Source of the DNA: Lama glama
Taxonomy: Eukaryota
Direction: 5' to 3'
Length of the DNA: 64,000 bases
Assembly: GCA_028534125.1 (NCBI GenBank)
Contig: CM052827.1
Location: 34,100,001-34,164,000, forward strand
Both the position numbers and the translations under genes were made by a program. The stretch's first letter is position 1. Every line of letters starts with the position of its first letter. The notes under the pieces were generated by a model. It was not told the DNA's origin. It did no database searches and worked only from the letters and a program-made list of their open reading frames with translations. This document shows, piece after piece, positions 49,360 through 60,234 of this stretch.

Positions 49360-50250
49360 GTTTCCGCTTAGCTTCCCTAAGCGTTGCCACGGGACAGCTG
49401 TCTAGCTAAGTCAGGGTAAAGAGGCTTGTAGGAGCACATCTCGCACCAACCAACCACTCCCGAGAGACCCTCTCTACCGCCGGAATAAAGAGGGACTACA
49501 CCGCGGGAATAACGCAGGAAGAAGCAGCAGAGGCGAACCACTGCGGTTCTTAAAGACTTGTTTGTGTTTAGGCCCACTCGGAGCCCCATCTGGAGGTCGA
49601 TCCCCTTCCGGCGCGCCCGCCATCAGCCCCCGGATTCCAAGCGAGGCCTCTCAGGCCCGGATCTGGCTCCCCGACCTCTCAGGACCTTAGAGAACCCCCA
49701 GCTTCCCCTCCCAGACCTCGGAACCTTCAGGCCCGGGCCGACCTCCTTGTCGGCCTTTCGAGGCCCGGCAGCCTGGCCCCGCGGCTCACCCTCGAGCGTC
49801 TCGCACTGCACCAGGTTGAGGTAGTCCGCCTGGGTGAGCACCCCAGCCTTCAGGCCGCGCACCAGTCCCTCCAAGTAGCCATTGTCCACGTTGAAGTAAA
49901 GCTCCGGGAAGAAGGACATGGCTGCGACGGGAGCAGCGGGACCAGAGGACCCCGACCCGCCGGCACGCAGCGCAACTCGAAGATCAGCTGACACGGCGAC
50001 CGCAGCGGGCTGTCAAGCGCATCAGGTGACGCGCAAGCGCCTCACGTGATCACAAAGGGGCGGGACTCTGAGCAGCGCCCGACTTCCGGGTTGTTTCGCG
50101 CGGAAGAGTTGCGCAGGTGCGGACTGAGGACAGCCCTCTGGCGCCTGCGCGCCGTGTGGAGGAGTGCCCCCTTGAGCCCTATGAGGGAGCGGCTTGGAGT
50201 GTGCGAGGCTGGTCGCGTGGTGGCGCCTATGGCCACGGGAATTCAATTGG
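49360..50250. promoter_or_regulatory. ATP6V0D1: CpG-island promoter of ATP6V0D1 with CLEAR, NRF1-like, ETS and GC-box motifs
   Basis: TCACGTGA at 50042-50049; TCAGGTGAC at 50022-50030; GCGCAAGCGC at 50031-50040; GGGGCGGG at 50057-50064; ACTTCCGG at 50082-50089; no obvious TATA box. Confidence 0.85.
49790..49919 (-). CDS. ATP6V0D1: ATP6V0D1 coding exon 1
   Basis: GCAGCCATG; [43 protein letters not shown]; donor GTGAGC; 130 nt. Confidence 0.98.
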
Positions 50251-50741
50251 GCCTTCTCTTCTAGATTTCCAGAATTTGGAGCACCTGGTACTGTGGGGTG
50301 TCAGAGGAGTAAAGGGTGTGGGTGGTGCTTATTATGCTTGGAAATATTCCAGAGTGTTGAGTCAGCCTTCCTCTGAGGGGAACTGAAGTCCTATGAGGAG
50401 CGGGCTTCGCTGGGGATCCCACGTCGAGTTAACCCCAAGCCCTGGAACCTAATGCTTACTAGCCAGGCAGAAGCTACAGCTCCTACGCCGTGCTGAGCTC
50501 CCCTTTCCCCGCATTTATTATACGAAATTCTCAAGAGCTGAAGCGTGGCCCTCCTCTGCTTCCCTCAACAGCGCCTAGCACTCTAAGAGCAGTCCTGTAA
50601 GTGACTCATGATGGGATAGCGCAGGCCCTGGGATAGGGGTGTGTGTGTGGTTTCTTGGCTTGGCGGTAACTGCCCCTGCCTTGACCTCCCTCCGACAGCC
50701 ACGTTCGAAATAACGCCACAACCCTGGGGTTGGTCCCATCC

Positions 50742-50747
50742 TTTATT
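50742..50747 (-). terminator. AGRP: AGRP polyadenylation signal
   Basis: AATAAA on - about 40 nt after the stop; a second AATAAA at 50514-50519. Confidence 0.8.
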
Positions 50748-50786
50748 CACGCCCCCCGTCCCAGCCCTGACCCCGACGACGGCCAG

Positions 50787-50969
50787 CTAGGTTCGGCTGC
50801 AGGGGTTGGTGGTAGTACCCAGCTTGCGGCAGTAGCAGAAGGCATTGAAGAAACGGCAGTAGCACGTGGCACATGGGTCACAGCATGATACCTGGTGTCC
50901 CAGACAGGACTCATGCAGCCTTACACAGCGACGTGGGGAGCGCGTCTTGCGTCCTTCCGGATCTAGCAC
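50787..50969 (-). CDS. AGRP: Agouti-related protein, last coding exon (cystine-knot domain)
   Basis: VLDPEGRKTRSPRRCVRLHESCLGHQVSCCDPCATCYCRFFNAFCYCRKLGTTTNPCSRT*; 10 Cys; RFF pharmacophore; 183 nt. Confidence 0.98.
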   Translation of the reverse strand: MLDPEGRKTRSPRRCVRLHESCLGHQVSCCDPCATCYCRFFNAFCYCRKLGTTTNPCSRT

Positions 50970-51169
50970 CTACAGGGATTGGGGGGAGCATGGGCCTCCA
51001 AAGGCAGGTTCAGGGTCCTGCCCCTATCCAGGTGGGATGACAGTTGAACACTGGGAGAGGTGGTCTGCAATGTTACCCCAGGTAAGGGGATCACGAAGTA
51101 GAGAAAGAGTATGATGCCTGATGCCTCCACCCAAGGCTTGTGGCCTCACCCCTTTCCCTGATCAGTTAC

Positions 51170-51261
51170 CTCTGCCAAGGCCTTGGCCTCAGCCTCCTGC
51201 AGCAGGGCCTCTTCTGCCTGTTCTGCATTTGTTCTCTTCAGCGGGGGCTGCAGGCCCAGGC
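51170..51261 (-). CDS. AGRP: AGRP coding exon 2
   Basis: (G)LGLQPPLKRTNAEQAEEALLQEAEAKALAE; acceptor CCAG, donor GTAACT; 92 nt. Confidence 0.96.
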
Positions 51262-51419
51262 CTGGGACAGATGATATGAGAGCAGAATCTCCCATGCACA
51301 CAACAACCACCTCCCAAACCTGGGATTGGGCAGCGGGAAAGAGGGCTTATGCCAGGCAGGGTAGTTTGTGGCCAGAGGGTGTCCAGGCCCCACCCAGACC
51401 CACCCCTGCCCACACTGAC

Positions 51420-51549
51420 CTTGGAACTCTAGGAACAAGGCTTGTTCAGGCCTTCCGATGCCCTCCAGAGGAGCCAAGCCCATCTGGGCCCCCGGCATGA
51501 CAGGCATAGCCAGCAGCAGGGCACAGCTCAGCAGCACTGTGGTCACCAT
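51420..51549 (-). CDS. AGRP: AGRP coding exon 1 (signal peptide)
   Basis: CAG/GCCATG; MVTTVLLSCALLLAMPVMPGAQMGLAPLEGIGRPEQALFLEFQ; donor GTCAGT; 130 nt. Total 405 nt = 134 aa. Confidence 0.97.
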
Positions 51550-51674
51550 GGCCTGGCTCAGCAGGAAGACCCACCACTTAGTCCCTCCTCATCCTTGGAG
51601 CACCCTCTAGGTGCCCTATGCCAGAGAGAAGCCCCCCTAGAGAGGAGGAGTCTCTGCCCAACCTGAGGACTTAC

Positions 51675-51705
51675 CTCTGCTTGCTGGATCCTTGCCCCAC
51701 GAGTT
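51675..51705 (-). other. AGRP: AGRP 5' non-coding exon (approximate TSS)
   Basis: Perfect donor AG/GTAAGT ending at 51675, ~55 nt downstream of the TATA box. Confidence 0.7.
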
Positions 51706-51727
51706 CTTGGCCACCCCATGCCCTGGA

Positions 51728-51765
51728 TTTATATGGCAGGGTCTAATGAAGGGCCCACACGTCAC
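51728..51765 (-). promoter_or_regulatory. AGRP: AGRP core promoter: TATA box and CRE/ATF-like site
   Basis: TATAAA on - at 51728-51733; TGACGTG on - at 51758-51764. Confidence 0.75.
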
Positions 51766-52007
51766 TGCTCCCTGCAGCCAAGGCATGAGGGGCCCTCCCT
51801 GGAGGATGGGGGCACAGTTCAGGCCTCTTTCACTGGAATCTGGGCTTTTGGATGCTTTCCAAGAGGGGTACCCTTCTCCAATTTTGGGTAAGGTCTCCAG
51901 GAGCCACTCAAAGTTTGGTAATAAAATAGGGGGTTCCCAGAGCCCCCAGATTTCTGCAGGACAGGGACCCGGGGAATGGTTAGGCTGGAAGCATCAGCAG
52001 TAACAAA

Positions 52008-52415
52008 GCAGGCAGCCCTGAAAGCTTAATTTAATTTGTGGCCCCGGAGATGCTCACTCATATCCTACGTGCTATGTTGTTTCCTTTGCTTCCAGGAACT
52101 TGGATCAAGGGCATTGAAGAGGGTGATGGGCCAGTGACCAGAATGAGGTGGGGGTGGGGTACAGATCTAGACTCTTGGGTTTGGGGGGGAGACACGGTGG
52201 GGTGAAGCCCATCTAACCAAAAGCAGGCCTTTTTGCCTCCATCCATAGCCCTACCTCCCCTCTCCTTTCTTCCTCCAGGCTCCTCCAAGACCCCCACCAC
52301 TGCTCCTGCCCCTACACCCTTTTCCTCCTGGGGTTCCTGGAAGCCAAGGTGACAGAACGGACTGTTCCCTGGGTGGGCGAGCAGCTTCAAAGTAAAAAGC
52401 TTTCAGGCTGCCTGC
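52008..52415. promoter_or_regulatory. AGRP: AGRP proximal regulatory module: nested inverted repeats, two STAT sites, GRE-like palindrome
   Basis: TTCCAGGAA at 52090-52098; TTCCTGGAA at 52334-52342; AGAACGgacTGTTCC at 52354-52368; TAATT motifs at 52027-52036; inverted repeat pairs 52008-52027/52397-52415 and 52083-52099/52333-52349. Confidence 0.8.
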
Positions 52416-53597
52416 CTCGTTAGTGCTAATGACTGCTCCTTTCCGCTCTGTGTTGTCAGGCCAGTGCCCACGCCTAGTTCCATCAGCAAAGTGGGACTGC
52501 CCTTTGTGGAGATGGTAGGACACACAGGACCCCACCTGTGCCTGCCTTTCCTCACCCCACTGGAGGGCCCTTTATCACACATTTGCCAACCTGGGAAAGG
52601 GATGCAGGCTGAATCAGCTTCCAGGACTCAATGTACAAACTGAGCTGGCACAAAGCAGCAGGAGGAGGATAAGAGGCTTTGGGATTTGCAGCCTAGGTTC
52701 ACACAGGCTATTCTGACCAAAGTGAAGCCTAAGTCAGTCCTCCCAGCAGCAGGTGGAAACCACAGGTTGTCACCTGGCAGCCTTTGCCCTGATGTCAGCA
52801 CCAGCAATCGGTCTTGGTGTGTGAGTTGCGTGGGGAGGGGCCCTCTGCAGAGGGTTCATCCACGGATGGGCACTGATGTCTGTGATCAGTCTGGGATCAG
52901 GCTGGCACTGGGGTCATTTGTGGTTGGCTCAGGGTAACAGTCCTAGAAGTTCAGAAGTTCATCTACTACTGCCCGGGAGAGGAGGTAGGAGAGTAAGGAA
53001 AAGGATCTCTGAGGAGGTGATCCCCGGATAATTCAGCAAAGGGCCAGGCCTCATTTCTCTCCTAAGAATGGTACTGACATTGACCTTGCTCTTCCAGAGG
53101 CTATAGCTGGGCCCAGTGGCCCTCTTCAGGGCCACTCTTCTCAGAGTGGTACAGGGTAAGGGTATCAGGCACCCAGGTGTGCCCCTCTCTCAGTTGGGCC
53201 ACGTGGAGCTCAGGAAGGGCAATACATCAAATATACCTGAGGTACTTTTCCCCTGACCCCATCCTTGGAGATTCTGGATGAAGAGATTGTGATAGGGAAC
53301 AGGGACTGCTTGTGGATCTTGGAGGTGAGGTGGGGGCTCTGAGCACTTGGCTGAACCTCGTCACCACTCATGCTAAGACCAGCTTTTCAAATTGAGGTTG
53401 GGGGGGTGCTCCTTCCAGCTGGATGCTCCTCCCAGCCAGGCCCTCAGCATCTTTGCTCATCTACAGAAAGAAGGTGTGTGAACGCGAGTGTATCAGCCCC
53501 ATGAACAGCGACAGACGAGGGCTCATAGGGGCAGCCCAGTCTTGATCGGATCCAATAAGGGAGACAAGAAACTCAACCATCAAAACACAGTGGAATG

Positions 53598-53775
53598 GCA
53601 GTGGGGGTATAACTTAGTAGTAGACTGCATGCTTATTATGCACAAGATCCTAGGTTCAAGCCTCAGTACCTTTAAAATAAAAATAAATACATAAAATAAA
53701 CAAGAATAAATAAATAAGAATAAACAAATAAACCTAATTACCCCCCCCAAAAAAACAAACAACAACAGCAACAAT
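53598..53775 (+). mobile_element. tRNA-Ala-derived SINE (camelid Vic-1-like)
   Basis: GGGGGTATAACTTAGTAGTAGACTGCATGCTTA...GGTTCAAGCCTCAGTACC, (TAAA)n, AACCTAATTACC, A-rich tail; imperfect TSD ACAGTGGAATG / ACAATGGAATG. Confidence 0.85.
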
Positions 53776-53790
53776 AAAAACAATGGAATG

Positions 53791-54140
53791 ACTAGGGAAA
53801 AAGAAAACGTCAAATCAGATATTTGATGACATTAAGGAATAATTGTTAACTTTTTAAATTGTGATAATGGTATTGTTGGTCATGATTTTTCTTAAAGCAT
53901 TCTTATCTTTTAGAGAAATATAATGAAGTACTTACTGATAAAATGATATTAAGTCTGGGATTTGCTTCAAAATAATCCAAGGTAGGGGGGATAGCAGGAG
54001 GTGACATGGTTGAAACAGAATTGTTCCTGATTGTTGGTTGGTGATTGTTGAAGCTGGGTGATGGGTACATGGGCTTCATTATCCTATTACTGCTACTCTT
54101 GTACATATTTAAAATTTTCCACAATAAAAATTAAAAACAA
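53791..54140 (+). mobile_element. Ancient L1 (L1MC/ME-type) 3' end
   Basis: GATATTTGATGACATTAAGGAAT...TCTGGGATTTGCTTCAAAATAATCC...GCTGGGTGATGGGTACATGGG. Confidence 0.75.
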
Positions 54141-55839
54141 AAGAGATTTTCTTAAACGCAGTGGGATAAGGGCTTTGATACAAGAATGCCAGCTGGTGAA
54201 GGTAACACCTCTTCCCCATGCTATAAGGGGGGTCAGGCCCAGAGACACAACTTCCCCTTGGGCCTTGCTCTAATTCCCTCTTTCTCTCCCCTGACAGGCC
54301 TCCCCCCTCAGTGCTGGAAGTAGGCCCTTTATTGGGATCCCCAGAACACCTGGTCTGTGGCTGGAGTGCTCAGATGAAACTTCGCAAAAGGCCCACAGAA
54401 GACAAATAGGCCCAGCCAAACTGATTCATAGGATGTGACTTGCAATCTGGACCCATGGGCCCCTCCAAGGTGGCAAAGGCCATCCTAAACTCCAATTCCA
54501 GCTTCTTCTGAAGACATCTACAACCTGCCATGTCCAAATCTTCAGACATCCAGAGAGGTAGCCAATCCCTCCTCCTGCCTGGCAGCTCCTACTTTTCTGG
54601 GTGAAATCATCTGTTTCTGAAGGTGTTACAGCACCCTCTCTTCTGCCTCAGGATGAGTCCATACCCTCAACATGTCGAAAGCAGGAAATTAGCCCCTACA
54701 CTCACAGGAAACCCACACAAAGTGGTGGGGAGCTTGTTCCATTCCAGGAGATGAGAGGACCCCTGTGTATAACACAGTTTTTAGGAAGTGCAATTTGAGT
54801 CCTCAGCAACCTTCCACAGAGGCATGGCACTGTTGGACTAGGGAGGGGGTACCTGGGAAGTCCCCTGAATTGTTCCTAAACCACCCCCCGGTAGAAAGGA
54901 GCAAGCCAACTCTGTGAGGATGTTCAGTGGCTCAGCTAGAGCCCAAGGAACAAAGGTGTCTGTACAACAGGAACCACTGGACTGTCTGGAAGTGCTTCTC
55001 AACCCAGAAACTGCTCTTTCTAGTAAAGACCCAGGAGCTCTCCAGCCTGATTGCCCCTGCCACTCAGATTCTGTGCAGGTGAGAACAGAGGCTGCAGGAA
55101 CTCTGGATATAGGCAAGGAGATGCTGCCTGGAGTGCTGGGCACAGGGGTGAGTCGGTGCCTGGCTTGACAGGTTCAAGGTGAGCCCAAGGTCAGCTCAAG
55201 AAAGCAGAGAGAGCTGCAGCTGCCCCAGAGTTGTCTGGACTTGCTCCTTTCTGTTTTTACCCCTCCTCATCCCCTATGCCTCCAGCTGCAAAGAAGGACT
55301 AGGAGGTGGGAGGTATGGGTTCTGGGAGGGGATTGAGTCCTGTTGGGAGCAGTCATCTGGGGCATTGTATGGAAAGGACAACTTTCCAGCTTAAATGAGT
55401 CCCCCTGGGGCACAGCTCTCACCCAGGCACCAAGCCCTTGCCTGGTATGAGAAGAAGAGCTCAAAGGTTGCCCGCCCCCCACCCCTGCCAGCAGCCTCAC
55501 TGGTCACTTTCCACTTTTGCCCCTGTCAGCCCTGCATAAACTGTCTGCACAAGGCCCTGGGTAGGGGTCCTCCTTCCCAACTTTGGCCAAAGCCATACTG
55601 CCTCATCCCTTTCCCTGCTACAAATTTATCCAGTGCCCTATAGCAAGACTCCCATTCCATACATTTAACTCTCAGTAGAACATTGAACTAAACATTATCA
55701 TCACCGTTTTACAGATCAGAAAGCTTTAAGTGACTTCACTTTGATCACTCAGCTAAAAAGGGGCTGGCCTGCTTTCCTCCCTTCCTTCCATGGCCCAGGG
55801 TATGTTTTAGAGCTGGAGAAGAGGGATAGTAAGTATGCT

Positions 55840-55925
55840 CTGTGTTTGTGTGTCTGTGTGTCTGTGTGTGTGTCACACACATGTGTGTCTGTGTGTCTGT
55901 GTGTGTGTCACACACATGCATGCAC
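55840..55925. repeat. Compound (TG)/(CA) low-complexity repeat
   Basis: TGTGTC units with a duplicated GTGTGTCACACACATG. Confidence 0.85.
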
Positions 55926-56119
55926 TCCAGAGCAGGGCTCAGCCCTAAAGTGTCTCCCCACACACCCACTGTCTATGGGAACCATTCACCCACCCACAGA
56001 GCTCCCAGGGGATGCAGAGACAAAAGCAGGCAGCTACTCCACCCACCCTCAGCTCAGCCCCCAGGAGACTGTGGGCTCAGCTGGCTGCCAGAGCTGTGCT
56101 GAGTGTCCTTATGCTCTTG

Positions 56120-58280
56120 GACACATTTCCAAATAATCCATGAATCCAAGGAGAAATCACAAAGGAAACTAGAAAATGTTTCGAACTGAATGATAATTAA
56201 GTACAATATATCAAAGGTTACAGATGCAGCTAAAGCAATTCATATTTAAGTGGGTATATTAGAAAAGAAGAATGGTTAAAAATTAATCACATAAGCTTCT
56301 TTAAGTGGGGGAAAGATATTTTCAATAAATAATGTTGGAGCAAGTGACTCTTTGTTTTACCTGTCCCTTACAGCCTTCACAAAAATTAATTTGAGATGGA
56401 TCATAAACATAGTTGTGAGGGTAAAACAATAAAGCTTCTAGAAAAAAACATAGAATATCTTCATAACCTTGGACTAGGCAAAGGTTTCTTAAACAAAGCA
56501 GAAAGTACTAACCATCAAAGGGTGATAAATTAGATATCATTAAGGCTAAGAATTTCCGATCATTAACTGAATATAATTAAGAAAGTGAAAAGATAAGCCA
56601 CAAACTGGGAAAAGAACATTGCAATAATAGACCCAAAAAAGGATTCATGCAGAACATATAAAGAATTCCATAATTGTTGAGGAAAAAGGATTTGAACAGA
56701 TCCTTCACAAAAGAGAATTTCCAAATGGCCAAGAAGCACATGGAGAGGTTCTCAATATCACTAGAGAAATTTAATTTGTAGAGAAATGTGAATTAAAATT
56801 GCAATGAGATATTACTACATGCTGACTAGATTGGCTAAAATTTAAAAGAGTGCTGTTGAGAATAAGAAGTAACTAGAACTGGTAAGAGGTAAATAAGAAA
56901 GCTGTGGTTCAGCACAGGGAATATGACCAATGTTTTACAATAACTCTAAGTGGAGAATAATCTATAAAAATACTGAATCACTATGTCATACACCTGAAAC
57001 TAATGCAATATTGTAAATCAACTGTGCTTTAATTTTTAAAATCTGTAAGCCACTTCTGACCTATGAGAATATAAACCCTCTGTAACAAAAACTGAACTCT
57101 TGACAAATATGTTATTATAGGTTGCAGGTTGAGTTTTCTGAGCATGAAGATAGCTGCTAGGAAAGCTTGAGGAGGACATGCATGAATACTAATTTCCCTA
57201 GCCAGTGTTGCTGGTCTACATAAATACTACGATCTGCATTCATATATTTTCAAAATACCATTAGAATTCACTGTGTCCGCAACCTTTTAATTAATGTTAG
57301 TAGTGCTCTTAATACCTTAATTCAAAGAATGAGCAGAATCACTGTTGGGTAACTATATCTCCAAGACCAAACTTTCTCAAGTATATTCCATTAAAAAAAA
57401 CCTCAGAGGGAGAGGATGTTACACATATTTTTGCTTTTATTTAATCAGAATTGAGGAAATTATACCTTTTTATTAAGCTAAATTGGTGGTTAAATTTTTG
57501 TATTAAATTTATTTGTTAACCACAACCTATATTATGAAATAGTATTTTGTTTCATATTTAATGGCATTTGTTTGACATAGTAAGATATAATATTTGTAAG
57601 ATTGCATCTGATATGAATTACTTTTCTGCCTACACTCTTTAGGAAAAATTGTGAAAGCTACAATATTGATAATTCCTTCTCCTTAAGATCATCTTCACAC
57701 AATGCTGCATTACAAATGTCTTTACTAAGGGCAGACAAAATGAAAAAAAAAGAAAAAAAACTGTAGTATTTACTATAACAACTATACCTGACTTTCCACC
57801 CAGCAAGCTTACTCTTTGGTACAAATCCAAAAGAAATGGGTGCAATGTCTCTTAAAAGACATGTGAATAGAGTGTTCTTAGCAACTTTATTCATAATAAC
57901 TAAAAACTGGAAATAATCCACATATCCATCAATAGGAAAATGGATGAATAATGGTGTGTTCATACAACTGGAAACTACACAACAATAAAAAAATGAATGA
58001 ACTCCTTTAAAATTGTATAAAATTTTAAAAATTAATGAACAGCTGTACACAACAGCGTAGATGAATCTCGCAGCCATAATGTTGAACAAAAGATGCCAGC
58101 CACAGAAGAGTGAATATGGTATGATTCCATTCATATGGTGTTCAAAACCAGGCAAAACCATAATAAATGGTGATAAATCTCTGAATAGTGGTTAACTCTG
58201 GGGGCATTATTGACGGAAGGAGAGGAACAGGGAAGACTTCAGCAATGCTGGAAATGTTTATATTTTGTCTAGGCAGTGGT
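56120..58280 (+). mobile_element. Old L1M (degenerate ORF2/3' UTR), interrupted by a younger insertion at ~56908-57760
   Basis: L1 motifs (TTTTCAATAAAT, AAAGCTTCTAGAAAAAAACATAG, TTCACAAAAGAGAAT, ATCCATCAATAGGAAAATGGATGAAT, ATGATTCCATTCATATG). Confidence 0.8.
56908..57040 (+). mobile_element. Younger L1 extreme 3' end
   Basis: AGCACAGGGAATAT...TGAATCACTATGTCATACACCTGAAACTAATGCAATATTGTAAATCAACT, typical laurasiatherian L1 3' terminus. Confidence 0.85.
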
Positions 58281-58936
58281 TTCCTCTTCAGTGTGGGTTC
58301 GTTCTTCCCTGACTTTGGACTTTGGCATGATTCTTCTCCATACTTGAGCATCGCTCATTGCACCTGTTCTCAGAGCAACTCATATTATTCGAAAAGAGTT
58401 CTTCAGACCAAAAATCACCCCTTTGAGATGGTGGCAGTGGGTATCAGGAGAAATAAGGTCCCTATTGTCCGAGTCAGTGGCCTTGAAAATAGTCATTTCT
58501 TCAGCTTGCTGTCCTTATGTGTGTTTGTGTTGTCTCCTCGGATACTTGTTTTCTTCCCTGTCCCTGGGAGTTGTCTTCAAGCTATTGACTTCTGGAATTT
58601 GCAGATTTCATAATGTCGTATGACTTTCTGTGTGTGTGTGTCTGTAGGTTATTTTTCCAGGGGAAAATGCAATAATTTCTCAAAATCCATATGAATGTGA
58701 AGAAAAGCAGTATGTTACTGGTGGTTGTTGTTTTTTATATAGTGCAAAATAAAAATAGTAAAAAGAAAAAAAATGGTATCCGTGAGATGGTATCAGTTGT
58801 AATGAACAGAAAGCTGATTCAAACTGTCTTAAATATAAAAAAATAACTTATTGGCTGATATAACCAAAAAATCCAGAAATAGAACTGATTTCAGACGAAG
58901 TTTGATACACTATCTCTTGATCTTATAAGGACTTGA

Positions 58937-59448
58937 TGTGGTAGACACAGCTGGTTGCCTTCCTAATACCCGTTACCCCTTCTGCTGAAATGAAACTCAC
59001 ATTTGTTTGGGGCAGTGCCTAGTTAAACAGACTAACTTTCTTAGATTCCCTAACAGATCCTGGTGTACCTGGGATATGTTGTGACCCATGAGACTTAAGT
59101 TGAGGGCTTTGGGGGAAGTTTTGCTTCCTTGGCACAGGTGCCTCCCTTTTCCGCTGTTTTTGCCTTTGACTTCCTGCCCAGACTGTGAATATAAATGCTT
59201 AGAGCTGTAGCAGCCAACTTGTGACCATGAGGCAATGAGGCAACAACCTTGAGGAGGGACTAGCTTGCTAAAGATGGCAGACAAGAGAAGTAGCCCATGC
59301 GTTTGTGGCACTGTAAAGCAGTTGCACCGCCCCTGGTCTGCCTACCTCCTGATAACTTATTACATGAGACAAACATGAAACAAATATTAGTTTAAGCTAC
59401 TGTTAGATTTTTCTCTTACTTGCAACTAACCACATTCCCAACTGATAT
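58937..59448 (+). mobile_element. MaLR LTR (MLT1-type)
   Basis: TGTGGTAG start; GCTGTAGCAGCCAACTTGTGACCATGAGG; TTTAAGCTACTG...ACTTGCAACTAAC...AACTGATA end. Confidence 0.7.
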
Positions 59449-60234
59449 CTTCAATTTCTTTACATCTCTTGTGTACATTTTTTTTGTAGTAAATGCTTCA
59501 TGCTAAGGCTAATTTCCCTTGTGGACATAGACTGGCTTCCAGTAGTCTCTGAAGCCTCTTTCTTCCTCGCTTACACCCTATAGGAGAGAGTCACCTTTGT
59601 CCCAGAATTCCTTGATCCTGATTCTGAAAATCCTGCTGGCATCTAGTGCTGAAGTCTGTGGCAAGAGAATTCATAGTGAGTTCCTCCAATCTGGGCGGGG
59701 CCTGATGGTCCTCCCTCTATCTTAGCTGAGCCCTTACAGGCTGTGAGCATCCTTGAAATCAGCCTGTGACTTCCACAAAAGTCCTCTGCTGTGGCCTTGG
59801 GGGTAGAGTATCACATGGGACAGCATCTTCTGCCAGAGTCAGGCTCAAAAATATGCCCTTGGAAGCCCATTTTGGCTTTTGGCTTGAGCAGGTGCTGACT
59901 TTGGGCAAATTCGCAACCCAGAAAAAATGATTTGGAGTGTGAGATCTCATTCTCCCTCAGCACAGCTTTGAAAGTCACGTGTTCAAGGTATTTTGCTGCT
60001 AAGATAGCAGTCGGGCTGTATTTGAATGGTCCAGAGGGCATCTGGGTATCATCACAGTCTTGTCTGAGGTCACAAAGCTTATAAGTGGTGAAGCAGAGAG
60101 TCAAACTGAGAAGCTTAACACCCTATCAGCCACCCCCCCAAACCATGATGCCAAGACATAATGACACTTGGGATCATAATTTTTTTTAACTCAGACCCAC
60201 TTTGATTGCATCATAAGCACACAGAAATATTTTT

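Noticed and set aside
49920-49994. In-frame GTG-initiated N-terminal extension of ATP6V0D1
   Set aside because: The known N-terminus [10 protein letters not shown] has a good ATG context, and an open GC-rich 5' UTR frame is unremarkable without Ribo-seq support.
57658-58161. 167-aa hydrophobic ORF on the minus strand
   Set aside because: Antisense reading of degenerate L1 sequence.
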